Assembly: GCA_965224215.1 (NCBI GenBank)
Contig: CBDCYS010000019.1
Span: 23,327 to 87,326 of the forward strand
DNA from: Bryobacterales bacterium
GTDB lineage: Bacteria; Acidobacteriota; Terriglobia; Bryobacterales; UBA6623
Reading direction: 5' to 3'
Length of the DNA: 64,000 nucleotides
Of the stretch, positions 49,179 to 59,814 are shown one piece after another. Position 1 is the first letter of the stretch. Each line of letters begins with the position of its first letter. A program made the position numbers and the translations under genes. A model generated the notes under the pieces. That model was not told where the DNA came from, did no database searches, and saw nothing but the letters and a program-made list of their open reading frames with translations.

Positions 49179-51030
49179 TGATCGGGTTGTCTTCTTTCCT
49201 TTCAGTTCTTTGTCGTCCTTCTCGTGCGCTACTCGGTGAAGTTCTTCGCGTACCTTCTTCGGGAAGATCCTCCGCATCGCTTCGTCGGTCGTTAGATCCT
49301 TCTCTGGTTTCTTTCTGGTCATAGCTAGGGCTTCCACCGCAAATATCGATTTGATGACGCTAATGGACCGGTTCCACTCTGAAGAGAAATGCCGCTCCTA
49401 CCTTGAGGGCTTACGATGGCCCAAGGGTATACAGTGCCCACGATGCGAAAACGAGAAGATCTCTCGAATCCACAAGCGCGGACAGTTCGATTGCGACTCA
49501 TGCCGGTACCAGTTCTCCGTTACCGCCGGGACAATCTTCCATGATTCTCACTTGCCGCTTCCCAAGTGGTTCGCGGCCATCTACCTGATGTGCGAATCCC
49601 GCAAAGGGATTTCGGCCAACCAACTCAAGCGCACCCTGAAAGTAGCCTACAAGACCGCTTGGTATCTCTGCCATCGTATCCGAGCCGCCATGAAGGACGC
49701 CGACACCGAGCCCCTTGAAGGCACCGTCGAAGTCGATGAGACCTGGGTCGGCGGTAAGGCCAAGGGCATGGGCCGGGGATACACGGGGAACAAAACGATG
49801 GTTCTCGGGGCTATCGAACGCGATGGCAATATCCGGCTGACGGTCGGCAAGCGCGCAATCGCGAAACGCTTCACGGATTCATTGAGGAGCACGCCCCGGA
49901 TGCCGAGAACATCTATACCGACGACTACGAAGCCTACAAAGGCATTGGCGATGAGAAAACCAAGCACGAGAGCGTAAACCATTCCGCTGACGAGTGGGTT
50001 CGCGGCGATGTCCACACGAACTCGATCGAGGGCGCGTTCTCGCTCTTCAAGCGGTCTGTTGTCGGTGCCTATCATAAAGTCAGCGTGAAGCATCTTCCTG
50101 CCTACCTTGATGAGTTCGAGTTTCGGTTCGACAATCGGAACAATCCGTATTTGTTTCGGGACACCCTGCTGCGGCTCATTAACTCGGACTCCCTGAAGTA
50201 TAAGGATCTAATAGGGAAATCTGCTGATGACAGCACGCACGGAGCTGCTTTATCCGCTTGAGAACCGCGTCCATTTCACTGTGAAATGCCCCTCCAGCCA
50301 AATCCATCTCCTGACTCATCTCTCGAATGTTCACCTGTAGACTCGCCTGAAACGATTCTAGACTAGAAATAGTCTGTTGAAGCGGAGCCCCAATAGATCG
50401 GATCAGTGGGAGAAGCGACTGAATTTCATCTGGTCCCTGCCGCTTCCGGACCCAATCAGACCATCCGGTTATGCTTTCGATGAGTAGGTCAACGTTGCGC
50501 TTTACGGGACCCGAGCGAATCCTCATAATGCTCGCCTGCCGATTGATCTTTTTTGATACCTTTACGACTCCTGCGTGGATCGCGCGGTGCGAGGATGTAT
50601 CTGGACGTTTTGAAGCATTCGACGCGATCTCGCCCATCCGCTGATTTATTGCCGTAATCTTGGGGATGTCCACTTGTAGTTGGTGAATTGCAGCCTCCGC
50701 GTCCTTTCTGAAATCCAAATATCCCTTACGACCAACCGTCTGTAGCGGCTTTGATTTGGAGCGTTGCCAAACGACGACACCAGTGGTCACCAAGACAAGA
50801 AACAGGGTTCCGAGCGCACCTAGGCCCAAAAAAACCCCATTGCTGATCCGCTCCGGTAATCCAAGCGTATATTGTTCCACCTGCTGCTAACACGGAGTAC
50901 ACCACGCCAGCGTAGAAAGCCTGAAGTATAAAGTTGATAGCCTCATTGGCAATTTTCTGCCTAGCGGATGGCGATAGCATAAAAGCGAGGCTACCACGGC
51001 ACCCACCCTTGCGTCACGTAGATAATCACG
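49179..51030 (+). mobile_element. Second copy of the passenger-carrying IS1595, inverted, missing one end, both ORFs frameshifted
   Basis: Near-identical to 20973-22830. There is a 1-nt loss near 49852 and an extra C near 50835, and the promoter-bearing IR is absent. Confidence 0.92.
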
Positions 51031-51112
51031 CATTGATGAAGAGTCGGTGGTGAGTTTCGCGGGGCTGGAGTTTAGGGAGGCGGGAGTGGCGTGAGGGCGT
51101 GGTGGCCGAAGC

Positions 51113-51490
51113 TTATTCAGCTTCACGCTCGGACAAGATGGCGTAGGTCAGCAACGCGACGGCAATTGCATTCTTCTCGCCGTCAAAAACATCGACGCGC
51201 CCGACGCACACTCTTTTTCCTGTCTTGATCAGGTGAGCGGGGGCCACGATTGTCCCTTCCACGATCGGTCGCAGGTAGTTGATCTTCATCTCGATCGTGG
51301 CGATATTGTATTTGCGTTCCAAGTGCCGCCAAAGAGCGATTCCCATGGCGGAATCGGCCACCGTTGCCGCCACGCCTCCATGGACGACGCCGGCGCCGTT
51401 CATAAGTTCCTCGCGAATTGAGCACTCGACGGTCACGCCATCGTCGTGGCGTTCTAAGACTCGAATTCCGATGTATTCGTTGAAATGCAT
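51113..51490 (-). CDS. PaaI-family (hotdog) thioesterase
   Basis: NGAGVVHGGVAATVADSAMG...TIEMKINYLRP. Confidence 0.92.
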   Translation of the reverse strand: MHFNEYIGIRVLERHDDGVTVECSIREELMNGAGVVHGGVAATVADSAMGIALWRHLERKYNIATIEMKINYLRPIVEGTIVAPAHLIKTGKRVCVGRVDVFDGEKNAIAVALLTYAILSEREAE

Positions 51491-51888
51491 GTTGGAGGGG
51501 GATCGGGGTCAGCGGAGACTGTTGACTCGCGCGTGGCACGAGCTCGTCCCCAATAAGGCACTCTAACATTCAAACAGGACCGTTCAGCGAACTTCGATCG
51601 GCGTATTGGTCACCTTTTCGCACTGGGGTGCCTGCGATTTCGCGTGACTAATCCGACCCCTGCTGAATCGCCGAGATACTCTGCGACCCTGGCCCTAGGG
51701 CATTCAACCCTGTACCGATATAGTTGAACTAAGGACTGAGAATAGTCGTTCCGGCGCGACCCGGTTTGGAACTTCTAACAACGAACCACGCGATAAAGGT
51801 CCCGCTCACACGATCGATCGGGACACTTAGCCAGCACTCTGGGAGTTGGGCGCCGTCACCTGCGCATAGTCACATCCGGGCGAGACCC

Positions 51889-52653
51889 TCAGCTACGCCT
51901 GGACTTTTCCGTTTCGCCATCGGTTTCTTGACTGGCAAATCCATCGATATCTTCTTCCGGACTTGAGCCGCCTGCTACCTGAATTATGCACAGATTCACT
52001 TTGCGAGTGTGGCTGCGTTCGTAGCGGGTTGGCAGTCGTCGTGAGGTGGTAGCTCGGCAACTGGCCTTTTGGCTTCTCCGTGTCCGGTTTCCCTTCCCGC
52101 CCAGAATCCGCGTCGTTAAAACCTCGCTCGGAAGTGACGTGTTTCCAGTGCGTGACGGCTAGTGCATAAAATTTTATGCATAGCGCATAGCCAGGCTCTC
52201 AGATCAGCGCCCTCCCGACCACCGGCAGCAAGCCGCCGTAGGGAGTCGGCTTCCTGCCGCGGAAGTGGTAAGGCGTCGAAGCCCCGATTTTATTGGGCCG
52301 CGAGGCCGTCACGGCTGGGCCTTGTTGGACGGGCCTTTGGGAGCTATGCTGTTTTCGTCTGGTAACCATGTGGGTGACCTCCTTGGGGTTGGCTGGCGAA
52401 GCTGGGATCTTTGCCAGCCTACCTTTTTACCCCATGTTTTCGGGGTCCCCAATGGTCCCTTGCGGCTCAGCCCTCCTCAGGTCCACGCCGCAGTGCATAA
52501 TTCAGGTGCTACGGCACCCCGTATGGCCGGTCCGTAACCCTCACCACACTCGCTGAGGCCGCCCGAGACACCCTCCAGCTCCTCCGTCGATAGCTGAGTC
52601 GACTCTTCTGGCTCCTGAGACGATTCTTTTTCCGAATTGGGTGTTGTTGTCAT
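51889..52653 (-). pseudogene. 76-aa double-glycine-leader peptide gene split by MITE copy 3
   Basis: GGAG RBS. Rejoined frame: MTTTPNSEKESSQEPEESTQLSTEELEGVSGG-LSECGEGYGPAIRGAVAGGSSPEEDIDGFASQETDGETEKSRRS*. Confidence 0.65.
51978..52506 (-). mobile_element. 530-bp MITE, copy 3 (529 bp)
   Basis: Same IRs as copies 1 and 2; TSD TGCTA. Confidence 0.93.
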
Positions 52654-52895
52654 GATTCGTTCTCCTTTTATTCTCGAAGGCGGCTATGTCGTTTAAGTTT
52701 CGACCGCTTCCTTCCTGCACGCAATTGTTGGGCCAATTGGATACTAAACCATAACCCCCTACGATGCAATAACTTTTTCGAAAGCGCTCTGCATTTCGGC
52801 CCTAGTCTTGTCCAATTCGTTTACAGTGCGGATTGTCATTACCTGGTTGCACCCAGCAGCTCCCTGGCGGGTGACCATGTGCTGCCGCTGAGCCG

Positions 52896-53760
52896 CTACA
52901 TGTCGAACAGAGTCGCCATCTTGCGTGGTTCAGGAAGGCGCCTCTCTCTGCCATGCAGCTCTTTCAGAAGTGTCCGCACGGTCGCCGGTGAATGGCCGCT
53001 GTAGTGATTGTTGACGTAGCCGTAGATCGTCACGCCTCGTTGGCGCAGGGGACGGCAAATGCCGACCCATTCTTGCAGGTTGTCGCTACGGTCGAGCAAG
53101 ACTTTGTCCCAGGTCTGGGTGATCTCCTCGATGGCATGACGGTCGCCGAGCCAGCGAATGTAGGTGAATTCGGCCGTCACGGGATCGACTTTCTGACCAA
53201 CCTCGGTGGGACGCTGCATCCAGGCATGGTCGGTCAGAGCCAAGGCAACACCGTGCTGGCGAAGCAGAGAGGCCAAGCGCGGCTGAATCCACCCTTTGTT
53301 TCGGATCTCGACGGCGACGCGAAACTGCTTCGGCAATTCTCGAAGAAATGAACCCAACCGCAGAAGGAAGGGGCCAGGTCCGTCAAACGCTTCGTGGTTG
53401 TAATAGGGAAACTGAAGCAGCAAGGGACCAAGCTTTTCCCCGAGGCCCTCCATCGCGCCCAGGAATTCTTTCAACTCGGGACGGCATCCCACGAGACATT
53501 TCTGATGGGTGATTACGCGCGAGAATTTGGCCGCGATTCGAAAGTGGGGAGGCGTACGGTGGTACCAGGAGCGAATTGCGTTCGTGCTGGGGACACGATA
53601 GAAAGTCGAGTCAATCTCCACGCTATCGAACTCTTTAGCGTAGAAGTGGAGATAGTCCGATGACGGCAGACCCTTGGGGTAGAACGAGCCTTCCCAACCA
53701 CGCGCGGTGAAGGAACAGGTGCCAAGGTAAAGAGGCGCCCGCTTCTCGGATGCGGGACCT
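52896..53760 (-). CDS. DUF72 family protein (start uncertain)
   Basis: The frame extends upstream of the track start: LYLGTCSF...WEGSFYP...VEIDSTFY...LLQFP...AVEIRN...YIRWLG...YVNNHYSGH. Confidence 0.88.
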
Positions 53761-54028
53761 TGGGGATGTTTATCCTCGATCGCTCCGTCAGCTTAGCAAA
53801 GATACAAGAGCGGCCTTCGGTGGCTGGCAGTGAGCAGAACGGTGGATTTCGACCACAGCGTGGGGGGACCCAAGTGTTCATTCCGAAAGACTTGCATGGT
53901 GATGCCGAATGGCCATCCAATTGCTCAGCCTAATCACGGATAGATTCAAGTTGGTTGGGGAACCGCGGGCCAAATGTTGTGGACTGGCCGCGGGAACCAA
54001 CGGGCTCTTTGCTTCAGACGGAGGATTT

Positions 54029-54358
54029 ATGTCGTTACTCAGAATCGTCGCTTTGGTCGCTGTTTTGCCGCTGCTTGCGGCGGGTCAGTTTATAGGTGCG
54101 GGTTCGTTGAACTCGGCCGGTAACACCGATGTTCTTCGAACTCCAGGTTTCAACGGTAAGACGGAACTTCCGAGGACTCGAAATTCGCAGCCGCTCCCGG
54201 CGGGCGGAATACTTTCAACGCCGGGTCCCAGAACACGCCAGCGATCCGTGCTGAGGCCGCCTAGCCTCGGCGAAATGATTCGTACGGTGCCGAGGCGCCC
54301 TACGCGGTCGAACAGGAGTTGCCTCATTGAGCCAGAAGAGACAGCGCTGGCCAAGTGA
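54029..54358 (+). CDS. Small hypothetical protein with a signal-peptide-like start
   Basis: GGAGG RBS; MSLLRIVALVAVLPLLAAG. Confidence 0.5.
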   Translation: MSLLRIVALVAVLPLLAAGQFIGAGSLNSAGNTDVLRTPGFNGKTELPRTRNSQPLPAGGILSTPGPRTRQRSVLRPPSLGEMIRTVPRRPTRSNRSCLIEPEETALAK

Positions 54359-54362
54359 GGCT

Positions 54363-54584
54363 CTAGAGCGGTAGGGTCCGCGTCTGGCTCAGTCGGCTCT
54401 CAGCCAGCTCTCTGGCCTTGGCTTGGGCTGCTTCTTTGGTCGCGCCGTGGGTGCGGGCGATGTTAGCGCCAGGGGAGACGTTATCCGCTTTGCAGATATA
54501 CTTCTCCCCCAGCTTGTAGGAAATGAATCGAACGGGCCAGCCAGCCAGCTCGATGATGGTTTCGCTATAGTCTTCCGGCTTCAT
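54363..54584 (-). CDS. Small hypothetical protein coupled to the sulfurtransferase
   Basis: Starts 2 nt after the sulfurtransferase stop; 73 aa. Confidence 0.7.
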   Translation of the reverse strand: MKPEDYSETIIELAGWPVRFISYKLGEKYICKADNVSPGANIARTHGATKEAAQAKARELAESRLSQTRTLPL

Positions 54585-54586
54585 AT

Positions 54587-55438
54587 TCAGGCGGACGCGC
54601 CTCGCGCGACTGGGGCGCCAACCAGATTACCCCATTCGGTCCAGGAACCGTCGTAATTCGTAACGTTGTTGAGACCCATCAGGTAATGCAGGACGAACCA
54701 ACTGTGGCTCGACCGCTCGCCGATGCGGCAATAGGCGATCACGGGTTTTGATCCCGTAATGCCGGCATCGCCGTAGAGACCGTCTAGTTCGTCGCGGCTC
54801 TTGAAGGTGCCATCTTCGTTGCAGGCCTTGGCCCAAGGGATGTTGCTGGCGCCTGGAATGTGGCCGCCGCGCTGACAGGTCTCCGGCAAGCCGGGGGGGG
54901 ACAGAATCTTCCCGCTAAACTCGTCCGGACTGCGGACGTCGACCATCTCGTGACTGCCCTCGGCAACGGATTTCTGAACGTCGGCAAGGAAAGCGCGGAT
55001 CGAAGTATCGCCGCCGCCTACCGTGTATCGAGCCGATGAAAGAGTCGGGCCATCTGTTGTCAGGTCACGGCCTTCGGCCACCCACTTCTTGCGACCGCCG
55101 TTCATGAGACGGACGTCCCGGTGACCGTAGATTTTAAGCTGCCAAAGAGCCCAGGCGGCGAACCAATTATTGTTGTCACCGTAGAGAATGACGGTCGTGT
55201 TGTTGCCAATCCCCGACCCTGCCATCAGTTCCTCGAAAACGCCCCGCGGGATGATGTCGCGTTGTACGGTGTCACAAAGCTGGGTATTCCAGGCCCAGCC
55301 AACCGCGCCGGGAATGTGCCCTTCCTCGTAGGCCTTGGTATCGACGTCAACTTCGACGATTCGAACACTGGGATTATTGGTGTTCTCGGCGACCCAGTCG
55401 GTCGACACGAGAACTTCGGGATGTGCGTAGTCAGCCAT
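54587..55438 (-). CDS. Tandem-domain rhodanese / thiosulfate sulfurtransferase
   Basis: LVSTDW, GHIPGA twice, active-site YCRIGERS, and YDGSWTEW. Confidence 0.95.
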   Translation of the reverse strand: MADYAHPEVLVSTDWVAENTNNPSVRIVEVDVDTKAYEEGHIPGAVGWAWNTQLCDTVQRDIIPRGVFEELMAGSGIGNNTTVILYGDNNNWFAAWALWQLKIYGHRDVRLMNGGRKKWVAEGRDLTTDGPTLSSARYTVGGGDTSIRAFLADVQKSVAEGSHEMVDVRSPDEFSGKILSPPGLPETCQRGGHIPGASNIPWAKACNEDGTFKSRDELDGLYGDAGITGSKPVIAYCRIGERSSHSWFVLHYLMGLNNVTNYDGSWTEWGNLVGAPVARGASA

Positions 55439-55661
55439 TTGAAAACCCTCTCCTCATCATTCATACAGATTATCAAATATAGAAGGTGCCGACTGGTAGG
55501 TGTGAAAAAATGGTGGGGACAGCCAGCCGCGGCCACAGCATCACTGATAAACAGGGACTTAGGAATGGCCGCTTGTGGCAGTCCCCGATTTTTTCACACC
55601 TTCCTGCACCTTCTTGGTTTGTCGCGGCGCGGGCTTGGTTTGTCGCGGCGCGGGCAGGAAT

Positions 55662-56297
55662 CTACCCTTGCAAGCAATCTTCGAGTCCCCCGCGCGGAAT
55701 GGCACCCTCGCGAATGAGGTTCCAATCGGGCTCGGTGATGTCGACCGTGGTGGCGCCAGGACCGCTGATCATCCCGGCGTCGAGGACCAAATCGACGCGG
55801 CCATCCATCGTGCCGAAGACTTCGATACCGCTGCGGCAGGTCGGGCTGCCGGAACGGTTCGCACTTGTGGCAATCACGGGCAGGCCCAGCATTTCGATCA
55901 ATTGATTGGGCACCGCGGCTGCGCTGTGACGCACGGCCAGCCGGCCCGTATTGCCCGTCACGCGCAACGGTAACTTCGAGGAACTTGGAACAATAATCGT
56001 GAGCGGCCCTGGCCAAAAATGCCTCGCCAGCAGGTAGAAGCGGGCGGTCAAGTTGGTCGTGTAGTCCTCGGCCATTAGCAGCGAGGTCACTAGAATCGGC
56101 AGTGAGCGGTTCGATTCTCTGCCTTTGGCGTGAAACACGGACGAAACTGCTTTCAAATTAAAAGGATCGGCGACGAGCACGTACAATGTGTCGGTTGGAA
56201 TGGCGACGACCTTTCCGGCGGTGATCGCTTCCGCTGCGCTGGCAATGGCTTCGGGAGCTGCCGATTCAGCGTCGATTTCGATGATTTGTGTTCGCAA
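55662..56297 (-). CDS. tsaC: L-threonylcarbamoyladenylate synthase (YrdC/Sua5)
   Basis: VVAIPTDTLY, KGR, FWPGPLT, ATSANRSG and LIREGAI motifs. Confidence 0.92.
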   Translation of the reverse strand: MRTQIIEIDAESAAPEAIASAAEAITAGKVVAIPTDTLYVLVADPFNLKAVSSVFHAKGRESNRSLPILVTSLLMAEDYTTNLTARFYLLARHFWPGPLTIIVPSSSKLPLRVTGNTGRLAVRHSAAAVPNQLIEMLGLPVIATSANRSGSPTCRSGIEVFGTMDGRVDLVLDAGMISGPGATTVDITEPDWNLIREGAIPRGGLEDCLQG

Positions 56298-56455
56298 GCC
56301 GGTTCCTTCTTATCGACCGCCGCGTCTGAGAACGGAAGGACAAAACACCTCTGTCGATTTTAGAGCAGTGGCTTTGCTTCGGCCATTGTTCGCAATTGTT
56401 TTGTGAACGCCGCTGCGGCACGAGATTCTGAATTCCCGACGGGACACAGTGGAAA

Positions 56456-56788
56456 TTAGGGGGCGCTACCGTTGCTGCCGAATCGGTTTTCCAGAGCTTG
56501 CACCAACCGCTCAACGCGAACGCCCAACTGCTGCACTGTTTCGTCGGTTTGCTTCTGCTGTTCCTGAAGGCCCTGCATGTTGCCCTGAAGGCCCTGCATG
56601 GTGCCTTGGATCTGTTGCATGTTTGCGTCGAAACGAGCCTGCGCTTTTCCAAGCGCAACCTGATTGAGCGCCATCTCGTGGACTATGGTGTGTAGTTCTC
56701 CCATCCGGGCGGCAGAGACGGCCTGCTGTTCGAGCAGAAACTCCACGGTTTTTTCGACATCCATTGTCTCTATCTTACCGCGCTTCAT
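56456..56788 (-). CDS. Small coiled-coil hypothetical protein
   Basis: Heptad repeats MQGLQGNMQGLQEQ. Confidence 0.65.
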   Translation of the reverse strand: MKRGKIETMDVEKTVEFLLEQQAVSAARMGELHTIVHEMALNQVALGKAQARFDANMQQIQGTMQGLQGNMQGLQEQQKQTDETVQQLGVRVERLVQALENRFGSNGSAP

Positions 56789-56938
56789 CCCGGCCTCAGA
56801 ACGGAGGGCCGCGTCTCCCCCGGCGAGCGCTATGCGTATCGCGACTTCGAGCGCCGAGATGTGCCCTCCGGCTACAGTGTTCTAAAAGGCCAGTTCTTGG
56901 CTGGCGCATTTTGGGCGCTCCCGATTCGCCCAAGAGCC

Positions 56939-57712
56939 ATGACGGCTTTACATGACTTCGGAGAAAAAAGCAACGTGCTGAGCCATATTCGATCCGTCCT
57001 ATGGATGTGCCCGTTGATCGGTCTGTCCGTATTCGTCATGGGCAGCATTTCCCTGGCGGCTTCGTTGTTCGATTCAAGCGGCCGGCTGCAGCATCGAGTT
57101 GCGGTGGCCTGGGCGAGGATGGTGCTTCGCATCTGTATGGTCCGAGTTGACGTGCTCGGCGCGGAGAAGCTCGATCCGCAACAACCCTACGTCTTCTGCT
57201 CGAATCACTTCAGTTTGATCGACACTCCGCTGATGTTCGGCAGCATGCCGCGAGAATTTCGGATTCTGGCGAGGGACAATCTGTGGAAAATTCCCTTCCT
57301 GGGCTGGCACCTGAACCGCGCCGGCCACATCCCGGTTGCCCGCGAAAGCCCCCGGGCCGCGGCCCGAAATATTAGGGAAGCGGCCGACCGAGTTCGCAAC
57401 GGAGTCTCGATCTTGCTGTTCCCGGAGGGCGAAAGAACCCGCCAGCCGAACATGCGGCGATTCAAACCAGGGGCCGCTTATATCGCGATTCAAGCCGGGG
57501 TGCCGATCGTCCCGATGGCTCTCGTGGGCACGCGAGACATTTTGCCCCCAAGCTCTTCACACTTGCATCCCGCCCGAGCTGAACTACGAGTCGGTGAGCC
57601 GATCGATACCGCGGGGTTTACGAATCGAGACGCCAGAAGCGTGATTGAGCGAGCGCAGCAGGAGGTGGCGAAGCTGGCCGGCGTAGCCTGGCCGGACCAC
57701 GCATCCGGCTAG
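56939..57712 (+). CDS. plsC: 1-acyl-sn-glycerol-3-phosphate acyltransferase
   Basis: SNHFSLID (HxxxxD), GHIPV, FPEGERT and FKPGAA motifs. Confidence 0.9.
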   Translation: MTALHDFGEKSNVLSHIRSVLWMCPLIGLSVFVMGSISLAASLFDSSGRLQHRVAVAWARMVLRICMVRVDVLGAEKLDPQQPYVFCSNHFSLIDTPLMFGSMPREFRILARDNLWKIPFLGWHLNRAGHIPVARESPRAAARNIREAADRVRNGVSILLFPEGERTRQPNMRRFKPGAAYIAIQAGVPIVPMALVGTRDILPPSSSHLHPARAELRVGEPIDTAGFTNRDARSVIERAQQEVAKLAGVAWPDHASG

Positions 57713-57794
57713 ATGCCAGGGGGCACGGAATGATGCCGGCGGGGTGTAGTCGACCTCGACCGCCCAATTGTTAGACTGAAGCATCGAGGCTACC

Positions 57795-59201
57795 TTGAGT
57801 CATCCACGCACACTCTACGAGAAAATCTGGGGCGAGCATGTCGTCTCCCACGAGCCGGCCTGCCCGGCGGTTCTTTTTATTGATCTTCATCTGATCCACG
57901 AGGTGACCTCCCCGCAGGCTTTTCAGGGGCTGCGTGACCGCGGCATTCGAGTTCGGCGTCCCGACTGTACAGTCGCCACGATGGATCACAGTATTCCAAC
58001 GACCGACCGCAGTCTTCCGATCATCGACCCTATCGCGGCCAAACAGATTGATCAGCTCCGTACCAACTGCAACGAGTTGGGCGTGCCGCTATTCGATATC
58101 GGGGACGAAGACCAAGGCATCGTTCACGTCATCGGACCGGAATTGGGACTTACGCAACCCGGCCTGACGCTGGTCTGCGGCGACAGCCATACTTCGACTC
58201 ATGGGGCGTTCGGCGCACTGGCCTTCGGTATCGGGACGACTGAAGTCGAGCACGTTCTCGCCACGCAGTGCCTGCTCCAACACAAGGCAAAGACTTATGA
58301 TGTGCGGTTCGACGGCGCTCTGCCGAAGGGCGTCGTGGCGAAGGACTTGATCCTTGCACTGATCGCCAAGATCGGCGTTGGCGGCGGGACGGGCCATATT
58401 CTCGAATACTGCGGAAGCGCCATCGAATCGCTTTCGATGGAAGCGCGGATGACGGTTTGCAACATGTCGATCGAAGCCGGAGCACGGGCCGGCATGGTTG
58501 CGCCCGACGAGACGACGTTCGAGTACCTTGCCGGCCGGCCACGCGTGCCAAAGGGTGAGGGCTGGGATGAGGCGGTCGCGCGCTGGCGTCAGCTTCCCGC
58601 CGACGAGGGAGCCACTTACGACAAAAGGGTGGCGATCGACGTGGCTCAGCTCGAACCAATGATTACCTACGGGACGAACCCGGGCATGGGAGTCGGTATC
58701 ACGCAGCCCGTTCCCGAACCTGCCTTGACGGGAGACTCGAGCCAAGGCAGCGCAATCCAGAAAGCCCTCGACTACATGCAGCTCGAAGCCGGCAAGCCTT
58801 TGCTGGGCCATCCGATCGATGTCGTCTTTATCGGGAGCTGCACGAACTCGCGAATCTCGGACCTGCGTCAGGCGGCGGAGCTGTTGAAGGGGCGCAAGAT
58901 CGATCCGAAGGTCAGAGTGCTGGTCGTTCCCGGGTCAGAGAAAATCAAGAAGCAGGCCGAACAAGAGAAGCTGCCGGAAATCTTCCGCGCTGCTGGAGCG
59001 GAGTGGCGCGAAGCCGGCTGCAGCATGTGCATCGCCATGAACGGCGACCAGCTTGAGCCCGGCCAGTATTGCGTCAGCACGAGCAACCGGAATTTTGAAG
59101 GCCGTCAAGGCAAAGGCGGGCGCACCTTCCTGGCCAGCCCGATGACGGCGGCCGCTAGCGCGATCCAAGGCACGATCGCCGACGTTCGAACGATGATGTG
59201 A
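57795..59201 (+). CDS. leuC: 3-isopropylmalate dehydratase large subunit
   Basis: [36 protein letters not shown] and [10 protein letters not shown] motifs. Confidence 0.98.
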   Translation: MSHPRTLYEKIWGEHVVSHEPACPAVLFIDLHLIHEVTSPQAFQGLRDRGIRVRRPDCTVATMDHSIPTTDRSLPIIDPIAAKQIDQLRTNCNELGVPLFDIGDEDQGIVHVIGPELGLTQPGLTLVCGDSHTSTHGAFGALAFGIGTTEVEHVLATQCLLQHKAKTYDVRFDGALPKGVVAKDLILALIAKIGVGGGTGHILEYCGSAIESLSMEARMTVCNMSIEAGARAGMVAPDETTFEYLAGRPRVPKGEGWDEAVARWRQLPADEGATYDKRVAIDVAQLEPMITYGTNPGMGVGITQPVPEPALTGDSSQGSAIQKALDYMQLEAGKPLLGHPIDVVFIGSCTNSRISDLRQAAELLKGRKIDPKVRVLVVPGSEKIKKQAEQEKLPEIFRAAGAEWREAGCSMCIAMNGDQLEPGQYCVSTSNRNFEGRQGKGGRTFLASPMTAAASAIQGTIADVRTMM

Positions 59202-59208
59202 GTAACCA

Positions 59209-59814
59209 ATGACCCCAATCACCGCCTTCACGGGAAGCATGGTCCCGATGCCGGTCAAGAACATTGACACTGACCAGATTATCCCTGCCCGTTTCCTGAA
59301 AACGATCGATAAACAGGGCCTCGGCAGCGATCTGTTTTACGACTGGCGCTACGAGGCATCGGGCGAGCCCAAGCCGGATTTCATCTTGAATCAGCCCCGA
59401 GTGCAGGGAGCTACAGTGCTGCTGGCTGGCGACAACTTCGGTTGCGGCAGCTCCCGAGAACACGCCCCTTGGGCACTGATGGGCTACGGCTTTCGCGCTG
59501 TAATCAGCACGTCTTTCGCCGACATTTTCTGCAACAACTGCTTGAAGAACGGGCTGCTGCCGATCGCCGTCGACGACACAACTCACGCCGAGCTGTTTGC
59601 GGCCGTCGAGAACGATGCCGCCGCCCAGGTTCAGGTCGACTTGGGGCGCCAAGCGCTGCGGCTCCCGAGTGGCCGCGAAGTCGAATTCCCAATCGACGAG
59701 TTTTCTAAGAAGTGTCTGCTGGCGGGCGTCGATCAACTGGGCTACCTGCAGCAGCAAGCGCCTGCCGTCGCTCAGTACGAAGCCAGCCACCCCCGTCCGG
59801 TTTGTACGATCTAG
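59209..59814 (+). CDS. leuD: 3-isopropylmalate dehydratase small subunit
   Basis: NIDTDQIIPARFL and NFGCGSSREHAPWAL motifs. Confidence 0.98.
   Translation: MTPITAFTGSMVPMPVKNIDTDQIIPARFLKTIDKQGLGSDLFYDWRYEASGEPKPDFILNQPRVQGATVLLAGDNFGCGSSREHAPWALMGYGFRAVISTSFADIFCNNCLKNGLLPIAVDDTTHAELFAAVENDAAAQVQVDLGRQALRLPSGREVEFPIDEFSKKCLLAGVDQLGYLQQQAPAVAQYEASHPRPVCTI

Noticed and set aside
33385-50880. Programmed frameshifting at the many single-base shifts (IS256, methyltransferase, second IS1595 copy)
   Set aside because: Most fall in short homopolymers or tandem units and differ between sibling copies, so mutation or sequencing error is more likely. Only the IS3 A8 site fits a known programmed shift.
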